Assembly (NCBI GenBank): GCA_963744145.1
Contig: CAVUSO010000001.1
Location: 192,001-256,000, forward strand
DNA from: an uncultured cyanobacterium
Lineage (GTDB): Bacteria > Cyanobacteriota > Cyanobacteriia > Cyanobacteriales > CAWUOF01
DNA length: 64,000 nt
Reading direction: 5' to 3'
Shown here: positions 10,126 to 18,682 of the stretch, piece after piece
How positions within the stretch are numbered: position 1 is the stretch's first letter
Layout: each line of letters begins with the position of its first letter
Program-made: the position numbers and the translations under genes
Notes under the pieces: generated by a model
What the model was told of the DNA's origin: nothing
The model's database searches: none
What the model saw: only the letters and a program-made list of their open reading frames with translations

Positions 10126-10724
10126 CTACGGTGTACACACAACCATACCTAGAGCGAGTTTCCAGCCATAAAAAAAGGATTGAAATTGGCTCGCGTCCGC
10201 GCACTAAGGTAGTAATTCCCGACGGTTTTTGAGACCGATAGCCAGACCAACCACCCAGTCGAGCAATAATCGGTAGGGGCGTATTGCAATACGCCCCTAC
10301 TGACACTTTCAGGATAATCGGTGGCAGATAAATGGGCGGAACGCCGAATCATAAATAGGGCACAACGTACTAACAGTAATGCTTCTCTGTATGTGACTGC
10401 AAGTTAATTTCACCACTATCACGCTATTGCTAATACGTGTTTTTGTCCCTCTACCTGCAAGGCACAATGCTCTCTTAAACTTACGACTAATTCTCCAATT
10501 TGCACATTTTCATTCGCTAAAAATCTGTAATATCCAACTTGCTCGGCTCGATTTCTACTGATATTCCGAATATTTACTGATTGATGTTGTGCCATTGCTG
10601 TATACAATGAAGCCCCTCTTTTTCCCAGTCTTGGATCTCCGAATGCTGTTCCCTGACATTGTTGCACATGAATTAAAATTGGATTTTCCACTACTTTTTT
10701 CTCCTTACTTCCCTTCCCTATCAA
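10126..10724 (-). mobile_element. IS4-family (IS50/Tn5-like) transposase relic, internally deleted and frameshifted
   Basis: N-terminal FGDPRLGKRG (10419..10724), C-terminal IARLGGWSGYRSQKPSG (~10200..10270), terminal-repeat-like CTACGGTGTACACACAA at 10126. Confidence 0.8.
10273..10300. repeat. GTAG-type REP-like perfect palindrome
   Basis: GTAGGGGCGTATTGCAATACGCCCCTAC equals its own reverse complement. Confidence 0.85.
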
Positions 10725-10739
10725 AATGCCAAAACATCT

Positions 10740-10987
10740 TATACCAATTCACCATGAAGATACATTGATGTATATTGATCTGTGGGTGAGGGTGGGTTTT
10801 GATGATTAGTGGGCAAATCTCAAACATCTCGGTGAACCCACCCCTACAAAAACCCGCAAATAGAGGATAAACTTGGTAGGGGCAGGTTCACCAGTCAATT
10901 CTGTCGCCAACAGATCACTATTATAAACCTGCCCATAGCTAACAGATCAAACTCAGATTAAGTGCAATTTCATGGGTTATTGGTATT
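10740..10987. mobile_element. MITE, copy 1
   Basis: Ends ATACCAAT...ATTGGTAT; inverted, highly similar copy at 17240..17541. Confidence 0.8.
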
Positions 10988-11054
10988 AGCTTCATAAAGT
11001 GGTACTAAATCCTGATCAGGTTCACTTTTAAACAATCCACTATCATTTGCCATA

Positions 11055-12031
11055 TCAAACATTCGCATAAGCTTCCTTAATTTTAATCTCCTGGGGATTA
11101 ATTTCTGGTATATCTTCCAACAGTCTCGATTTCTCTACATATTCACTCCGTTCCGTCTCCAAATCTACACCTAAATTTAAAGAAAACTGACCATCATCGA
11201 TCGCTTTCCGTTCCTTCTTATTCCGATTCTTAAACTGAGTCGCTAACTTCTTATCATCTCCAGTCACAGCTTTAAACGCTTCATCAGGAATTACTTCATT
11301 TAAACAGGAAATATCTAACACTCCCACCAAAGAATTACCGCACTTAATCCGATGATCTAAAAAATTCAATGGTAATCCTTTACAAAACCCTTCAATCCAT
11401 AACGCAACCTTACATAAATCTACAGCCAAAGGGTTTAAATCTACCCCATATATACAGTTTTGAATTACATCTCTAATTGCTTGTCGCAAAGATGCTAAAC
11501 TCGGTTGAGACTCTCCGGTTCTCGCGATCGCTAACTCTTTCCCAATTCGACGAGCAGCAGCTAACAAAAAATGACCAGAACCACAAGCAGGATCGCAGAC
11601 TTTCAACGATAAAATAGCCTTTTCCTTCTCAGCTTTAACCTGAGCATCCCAACTACTAACTCTTTCCCCAATCACCGGATCTAAAGCACTCTTAATCAAC
11701 TGAGCAACTAAAGCAGGAGGAGTATAATAAATTCAGAAGTGGATTTTGCTACTGGTTGATATCCCAATAATTTTAACAGCGGAATCGCCCAAAATTCTCC
11801 AGTAGTTGCAATAGCTGTACTAGTTTGATCTCTAGTTAAACGACGTTGAAAAATCTGCCATAAATCTTTAGCTTCACCCCAAGCAAAAGCTATTTCATCC
11901 GCTAACTTATTACGATCAACCAGAGCAAAACTTTCTGGAGATTGTCCCTTTAATTCTCCAGAATTAATTTCACCGATTAAATCAGGCGTAATTAAGTTTC
12001 CTTGGATAGAAATACCTGTTAAACTTGTCAT
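11055..12031 (-). pseudogene. Eco57I-like / DISARM DrmMI-like N6-adenine methyltransferase remnant (internal deletion plus truncation)
   Basis: N-terminal ~100 aa fused out of frame to YYTPPALVAQLIKSAL...DPACGSGHFL...YGVDLNP...KCGNSL; ends before any NPPY/W motif. Confidence 0.8.
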
Positions 12032-12053
12032 GGGTTAGATTTAGGCGAAAGTA

Positions 12054-12063
12054 TGGTATAATT
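12054..12063 (+). promoter_or_regulatory. Putative extended -10 promoter of the ATPase operon
   Basis: TGGTATAAT ~30 nt upstream of ATG 12094. Confidence 0.4.
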
Positions 12064-12093
12064 GCACATATATCTATATTACTAAATTTTTCC

Positions 12094-13152
12094 ATGAAAG
12101 TCCAATCGATCGAGTTAAAATATTTTAAAAGATTTAAGGAGCAAAAATTTGACTTCACTGATGCAGAAACTGGATTAGCGCAAGATTTGATCATTCTGGT
12201 GGGGATGAATGGTGCCGGAAAAACCACTCTTCTCCAAGCGATCGCTGCAACATTAGGGGTCGCGACAGGAAGATTAAAAAAAATTTCTGCTCTAGAATGG
12301 AGTGGATTTAACTATGAATTATTAAGTATTAATTGGAGAACGATAGAACCAAAAGTAAGAATGGATGTACAGTTTTCAAACCAAGAATTAGAAGCAAATA
12401 GTAATATTTATCGTGAATTAATAAAAACAAACTCAAATTTACCAATAATTCCTAGTCAAAACAATGTTATATCTCTACAATGGCAAAAAGAAAAAGTTTA
12501 CGCAAGTTCTCCAAATGAGTTATTCCAATTTAGAGGAAGAGAATATGCTAAACAATTAGTTCGCTCAGAAGGATTTCAAATATTTGAACAGGTTGGGACA
12601 GTTCTTTGGTACACAGAACAAAGAACATCAACTAGTTTAACTAGCGAAAATCCCCATAAAAAAATAGAAATTACTGATGATATTCTACGCGATCGCTTGT
12701 CAAAATGGCGACAAGTTCATCAAGATCTAAAAACTAGGAACATGGAACTACGTCTGGGACAAAAGGATCTATATGCAGAAATTGAAAATAATTACAAAAT
12801 TGTTTTTCCAGAGCGAGAATTTAAAGGTCCAGTATTAAGAGAATCAATTAATGATATTTTAAGTGAACCTTGGTTTTATCTTAACGATGGTAAAAATCAG
12901 TATGAAATTTCAGAGATGTCAGGAGGAGAACGTGCTATATTTCCAATCTTAATGGATTTTGCTAGTTGGAATATCCATAATTCAGTAATTTTAATTGATG
13001 AAATCGAACTGCATTTACATCCACCAGCTCAACAAGCATTATTAAGAGCATTACCTAAATTGGGTAAAAATAATCAATTTATAATTACTACCCATTCTGA
13101 TTATATAGCCCAATTAGTACCAGAAGAATATATTCATATAATTAAAATATGA
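12094..13152 (+). CDS. ABC-type (AAA_15/AAA_21) ATPase, defence-associated
   Basis: Walker A GMNGAGKT, signature MSGGE, Walker B ILIDE, HLHP, TTHS. Confidence 0.88.
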   Translation: MKVQSIELKYFKRFKEQKFDFTDAETGLAQDLIILVGMNGAGKTTLLQAIAATLGVATGRLKKISALEWSGFNYELLSINWRTIEPKVRMDVQFSNQELEANSNIYRELIKTNSNLPIIPSQNNVISLQWQKEKVYASSPNELFQFRGREYAKQLVRSEGFQIFEQVGTVLWYTEQRTSTSLTSENPHKKIEITDDILRDRLSKWRQVHQDLKTRNMELRLGQKDLYAEIENNYKIVFPEREFKGPVLRESINDILSEPWFYLNDGKNQYEISEMSGGERAIFPILMDFASWNIHNSVILIDEIELHLHPPAQQALLRALPKLGKNNQFIITTHSDYIAQLVPEEYIHIIKI

Positions 13153-13768
13153 TTGCTAGTATTATTAATAGAAAAATCATCTTTTGTGAAGGTAAAGAAG
13201 CTAGTTTAGACTATCTGTTACTTAACCAACTAATTCAAAATATGCCTGGTAATAAATATACAATTATTCCAGCAGGAAGTAAATTTACATTCTCTACATT
13301 TGCCGAAGGATATTTTTATCGTAATCAACCAGATGAACAAAAATATATTATCTTTCGCGATCGAGATTTTGATGTTGAACCAGCTCTTGATTGTCAATTA
13401 CTTAAACTAAAAAATCAAGCAAATAATACAAATATCTTTTTAAGTTATCGTAGCTGTATTGAAAACTATCTTTTAGATTCTAATTTAATTCATAATTATT
13501 GGGAAGAGAAGTATCAAGAAAAACAAGCAAATCCTACTTCTAAATGGGGACACGGAAATTCACCGGGAGTTGCAGTCATTTCAACATGGATTGAAACTAG
13601 CTGTAAGAAGTTAAAAGATTATCAATCTATCCGTTGGGCATTAGGTGAATTATTGAATAATAATATGCTCAGAAAGCAACTAAAAACAACATGGACTGGT
13701 AGTAGTGGTAATCTTCCTGAATCATTAAAATTAGAAGATTGTAGAATAGAAGCATTGAAAATCATAGA

Positions 13769-15659
13769 AATAACTCGGTAAGTGGGAAACTCAGTTCTTT
13801 AGAACTGGGAGGGAAACGGCTCGTGCGGTTTTAACCGCCAGTAAATATTTCTTCAATTAGCGGAGTGGTGTGGGTCTTCTATGTATTTCTTAACCACTTC
13901 ACTACTAATATTACCTGCTGTGCTTACAAAATAACTGCTTGTCCAAAGACTAGGTAATTTTAATAATTGTGGAAACTCTTTTCTTAGATAATTACTTGAC
14001 CTTCCTTTAAATGCTTTAACCACCAGTGCGGGGGTGTCTGTCGGTTTAACTGCCACAAATAGATGTACATGATCTGGGGCAACTTCTAAGGCTAAAATAT
14101 CCCAACCTTTCTCTATTGCCAAAGCTAAAAATATCTGACGGATTCTAGTTGCTATATCGCCGACTAGAACTGGACGGCGACGCTTAGGGATAAATACAAA
14201 ATGGTAGTTAAGCAGGAACTTGACGTGATTGTGGGTTTTGTATTCCGGTAAATTTAGCATAAAAAGATTGTAGATATAAGTTGACAAATCAACTATACTA
14301 CGTTATGCTGTTAATAACAAGATAGAAAAGGAAAGAAAGTGGCTAAAGCTAGAAGTAAGACGCCAAAAAAAACCAAAGTACCGTTAGGTGTTCAGCAAAA
14401 TTTGATCAATGCTGAACCAGAGTTAAAAGCAATTCTTGAATTTATTTGCTCGGAGTCGAACAAACTCCACAATTGTGCTACCTACTATGCGCGTCAAATG
14501 TGGTTTAAAGCTCACCAATACGTCACCAAGTTTGACATAGTAAGGAATCTTACGGAAAATGTGCATTTCTCTGCACTACCCTCAGATGCAGCAGTGCAAA
14601 CTTGTATCTCAGTGGGAGAGTCAATTAGCTCTTTTGCCAAGTTACGGGGGTTGTGGCTAAGTGGTCAACTTGAAACTAGACCCAAACTACCCAATTATCG
14701 AAAACCGGGGTATCAATTAGTTGCCTATCCTAAACGGTCACTAAGGTTAATTGATGGAAAGATTAGATTCCCTTTAGGATTACAGGTCAATGCTTGGTTT
14801 GGCATCAAAGAATTTTTCCTACCAATGCCAACTAACCTAGATTTTGAGTCTCTTAGAGAGGTCAGGATACTCCCTAGAAACGGTTGCTTTTATGCTGAGT
14901 TTATCTACCCAGTTCTAGTCGAAAAACCTGTCCTAGACCCAGCTAAATGTTTGGGGATAGACCACGGTTTGAATAACTGGTTGACAGCCGTTAGTAATGT
15001 AGGGACAAGTTTTATTATTGATGGCAAACACCTAAAGTCAGTCAATCAATGGTACAACAAACAGGTCGCCAAACTTAAAGCTAATAAACCCGAAGGTTTT
15101 TGGTCTAATCGTTTAGCTGCAATGACGGAGAAACGTAATAGACAAATGAGGGACGCTATCAACAAAGCGGCTCGGATAGTGATAAACCATTGTTTAAATA
15201 ATGGGATAGGAACTTTAGTTTTTGGTTGGAATAAAAGTCAAAAAGATGGGATAGAGTTAGGCAAAAAGAACAATCAAAACTTTGTCCAAATCCCTACGGC
15301 TAGGCTTAAAGCAAGAATTCAAGAACTTTGTGAGTTGTTTGGCATTAAGTTTGCCGAAACTGAAGAAAGTTATACCAGCAAGGCTAGTTTTTTAGATGCT
15401 GATCCCATCCCAACTTACGGTGAAAAACCCGCAGGATGGACAGCATCAGGAAAAAGAGTTAGCCGTGGTTCCTATCTCAGTTCCAAAGGCACTAAGATAA
15501 ATGCCGATTGCAATGGTGCAGCCAACATTTTAAGAAAAGTAGCGGTGGAGCTTGGGCTAGTCCTAAGTGAAATCAGTAGAGGTGTCTTGTACGCGCACTT
15601 TGAAGTTCAGGATCTGGACTCTTCAAGAATCTCAGTGTCTTTAGACCTGAGAGTATCAA
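13769..15659. mobile_element. IS200/IS605-family element (divergent tnpA and tnpB)
   Basis: Left-end hairpin CAGTTCTTTAGAACTG; right end CAAGAATC-hairpin-TCAA; no target duplication. Confidence 0.92.
13853..14287 (-). CDS. tnpA: IS200 Y1 HUH transposase
   Basis: YHFVFIPKRR, PDHVHL, LWTSSYF, KKYI. Confidence 0.95.
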   Translation of the reverse strand: MSTYIYNLFMLNLPEYKTHNHVKFLLNYHFVFIPKRRRPVLVGDIATRIRQIFLALAIEKGWDILALEVAPDHVHLFVAVKPTDTPALVVKAFKGRSSNYLRKEFPQLLKLPSLWTSSYFVSTAGNISSEVVKKYIEDPHHSAN

Positions 15660-15775
15660 AAATGAATTTAGACAATCTATTGAAATGCTTACACAAGAAA
15701 AATTTGAACAAAATATTACTATATACCAAAGCAAATTTAATCAAGAGGAGTTTTGGTCAAAAAAACAGTATTTAA
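14339..15775 (+). CDS. tnpB: TnpB RNA-guided nuclease family; C-terminus frameshifted and reading past the element end
   Basis: LGIDHG, EESYTSK, NADCNGAANIL. Confidence 0.92.
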   Translation: MAKARSKTPKKTKVPLGVQQNLINAEPELKAILEFICSESNKLHNCATYYARQMWFKAHQYVTKFDIVRNLTENVHFSALPSDAAVQTCISVGESISSFAKLRGLWLSGQLETRPKLPNYRKPGYQLVAYPKRSLRLIDGKIRFPLGLQVNAWFGIKEFFLPMPTNLDFESLREVRILPRNGCFYAEFIYPVLVEKPVLDPAKCLGIDHGLNNWLTAVSNVGTSFIIDGKHLKSVNQWYNKQVAKLKANKPEGFWSNRLAAMTEKRNRQMRDAINKAARIVINHCLNNGIGTLVFGWNKSQKDGIELGKKNNQNFVQIPTARLKARIQELCELFGIKFAETEESYTSKASFLDADPIPTYGEKPAGWTASGKRVSRGSYLSSKGTKINADCNGAANILRKVAVELGLVLSEISRGVLYAHFEVQDLDSSRISVSLDLRVSKMNLDNLLKCLHKKNLNKILLYTKANLIKRSFGQKNSI

Positions 15776-16023
15776 TCTGGTTTAATGGCAAAGATATTAT
15801 CAAAGAAATGCAAAAACAAAACCCTAGATATATTTCTCTTAAAAAATTTTCTGAGTGGGCAATTACTAGACTTGAAATTAATCAACATCAGGATTTGATA
15901 GAATTAAAAGAAAAAATTGCCCAATTATAAATGTATCTCAAAGAAAATTTCATCTCGGTTAATCAATTATATCTCCGCTATTAAAAAGCTTACAACTTTG
16001 TTTGGATGATATTTTACCTCGGA

Positions 16024-17802
16024 CTATTTAGGAATTAAAATATAAATCCCTAAAATATCCACAGGTAACTTAGGTTTAACTTGAACTTTTCCTTCCTTAG
16101 TAATATTCCTAACCCGTTGATGAGATGCGGCTAAAATTTTTCCTCTTTCTGCTGCGATCGCCCCCAAATCAAACTCTAAATCACCCAACCGATTTAAAAT
16201 CTGATTAATCCGATTACGCTTATTTTCTAAAGAAAAATCTCCGCTTGGTTCACAGCGATCGAGCGAATTTAAAGACTCTTGAGCTGATAACCAATTAGCA
16301 TGAGTAGGATTCCCCGTAAAACCTCTAACTAAAGCTTCTTCTGCAAGTAAATTTTCACCTTTAGAACTAACCAATAAATAACCTATCCTCAATAATAAAA
16401 TATAAGTAGGTTTATCTACTCCTGAAGTCAGGGTCACACCACAGCGAGATGCGATCGGATTTTCGGTATTTTCATTTAAACTCTCTTCAACAATATGAAG
16501 AGCTAATCCAGCTACCAAAGGATGATTTCTCCCAATATATTCTACTCCTTCTGGTGGTGGAGAAGTAAAAATAACTAAGCGATCGGTTAAACCAGATTGT
16601 AAAAAGGTAGGAATACTAGGTAATTTCCAAACATTTTTCTGTTTAATTAAGGAACAACCCAACTTTCCACAAGCATTAATCACAAACCTTTTTACATCAT
16701 CTTCACTCCCTAAAATTTCATCAGATTCAATTAATTCCTTCTCTACCTCCTCCGGTTTAATTGAACGTTGAGCAAAACGAGTCCGATTTAATTTCTCCCG
16801 TTCTACTGCACGATCCCAACTTTGATGAACTTCTACTAAAGGAGAATTTTGATCTTCTAATAGATCAAAAATACTTAATTGTTTTGCTTCTGCTGCTTGA
16901 GCAAATAAAGACTTAAAGACTGCATCTTGTACCGTACTACTATCCATCGGAACTGGAACCGTTACCCCCAAAGAACGATGAATTTCGACAGCTTTACGAA
17001 TTAAAACTTGTAAAACTGCTCCATCGATCGGGTTATCTTGACCATAAAATAAATAACATTTCACTTGGGGTGCTACTTGTCCATAACGATCAATTCTTCC
17101 TTCTCGTTGTTCTAAACGATTAGGATTCCAGGGTAAATCATAATGAATTGCAGCAGTAAAGTGTTCTTGTAAATTAATTCCTTCACTCAAACAATCCGTA
17201 GCAACTAAAATCCGTTGGGGTGAGTTTTTCAATTCATCTAATACCAATTAACTATGAAATTGCACTTAATCTGAGGTTGATCTGTTAGAGTCAGGGCAGG
17301 TTTATAATGGTGATCTGTTGGTGGCAAAATTGACTGGTGAACCTGCCCCTACCAATTTTATCCTCAATTTGCGGATTTCTGTAGTAGGGGCGGGTTCGCC
17401 CAGATTTTTGAAATTTACCAATTAATTAGAAAAACCCGCCCGGGTTCACCGAGATGTTTGACATTTACCTACTAATCATCAAAACCCACCCTCACCCACA
17501 GATCAATATACATCAATGTATCTTCATAGTGAATTGGTAGTAGCAGCTAATTCTTCATCTAAATCTTCCTCAACTTCTGCAAGAGAACTATATTTTTGTG
17601 TTTGACGACTCAGAGTTGCGATCGCAGCAGCAGGAGAAGACATTACACATCGTAAAATTGCCAAAGCAGACCAATAACGACCTCTTCTTTGAGCATAACT
17701 AAGAGATGTTTCCGTCGCAGTTTTGACTAACTTCCAAGCAAAATCATATACCCCATTCAATAATTCCCGATATTCCTTAGAAAGCAAATAGGGTTCTTCC
17801 AC
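16024..17802 (-). pseudogene. SNF2-type helicase (DISARM DrmD-like) remnant split by a MITE
   Basis: VATDCLSEGINLQ, YDLPWNPNRLEQREGRIDRYGQ; upstream fragment 17524..17802; N-terminal ATPase motifs absent. Confidence 0.8.
17240..17541. mobile_element. MITE, copy 2 (inverted, with an extra REP-like insert)
   Basis: Reverse-complement match to 10740..10987; extra GTAGGGGCGGGTT...AAACCCGCCC segment near 17385..17440. Confidence 0.8.
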
Positions 17803-17858
17803 AGAAACTGACTTCTCAATAACTTGAAAGAACGTGGATTGTGAAACTTAAAAAGCGA

Positions 17859-18434
17859 TCAGGGTAAAATATCCTCTATAAGTATCACCAGATCAGGAAA
17901 AGCTAAGGGTGAGACACTTTCACCAGGTTTAAATATTTGTTGGTGTTGATAACCTTCAGGTGTAGGATTACGATAGACTTCAATTTCATTGGATTTGAGA
18001 TTAATTAACCAATATTCCCTAATCCCAGCTTGAGCATAAACTACTCCTTTTTCTCGATCGTGTCTAATTGTGCTGTCTGAAACTTCAATCACTAAAGCTA
18101 TATCTTTGGGTTCTGGATGTTTCAGGAGTTTTCTATAGGTATCTAAGTCTAATTGGATGAGTGCCAAGTCTGGTTGAGGCAAATTATAGTTATTTATACT
18201 GATGGGATTTTGGCTTAATGGTAAAGCACGTTTGTTTAAACGCTCCGAAAAAATAACCGTTAAGGTCAGCACACAAATAGCATGACGACTTCCAATTGGT
18301 GCCATATAAAAAATATCTCCTTCAATTAACTCAACTCGATCGTCTTCACCCAGAATCCCGACTTCACCTAATCGGTAGAATTCCTCGACGGTAAAAGCTT
18401 TCTTGAGAGTTTTTTCCTCGGAAATTAAAACCAT
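17859..18434 (-). CDS. Uma2-family endonuclease
   Basis: RVELIEG, PQPDLA, LVIEVSDST, YAQAGIREYW. Confidence 0.92.
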   Translation of the reverse strand: MVLISEEKTLKKAFTVEEFYRLGEVGILGEDDRVELIEGDIFYMAPIGSRHAICVLTLTVIFSERLNKRALPLSQNPISINNYNLPQPDLALIQLDLDTYRKLLKHPEPKDIALVIEVSDSTIRHDREKGVVYAQAGIREYWLINLKSNEIEVYRNPTPEGYQHQQIFKPGESVSPLAFPDLVILIEDILP

Positions 18435-18682
18435 AACATCACCAACAATCCCAGACTCGCGCTAATCATAAGTAGGGCCAATTTATGAATTTGGTATAAC
18501 TAAGCGAAGAACATGGCCATCAGGATCACGTACAAGCAAAGCTTTGTTAAAACCTAATAGCCTAATAGATCTCGATAAAATTTCAGACTTTGCTAGATGT
18601 TAACAACTAATATTATACCCGAATGCTTCACCCTTCTTCACCGATATCTCCCAAAATATCCTTAACTGAACCGGATTGTTTT

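Larger units (their letters stand above)
13149..15930 (+). pseudogene. TOPRIM-like (DUF4435-like) partner protein interrupted by an IS200/IS605 element
   Basis: IIFCEG...FRDRD...CIENY; removing 13769..15659 rejoins 13149..13768 in frame to 15660..15930 (…KIIE-NEFRQSIEMLTQ…, ~296 aa). Confidence 0.75.

Noticed and set aside
15685-15930. Independent 81-aa gene
   Set aside because: It is the in-frame C-terminal part of the IS-interrupted gene starting at 13149
18481-18609. DGR template/variable repeat pair with the VOC gene
   Set aside because: No reverse transcriptase in the window; mismatches are not adenine-specific on the coding strand, and the copy is a spliced fragment
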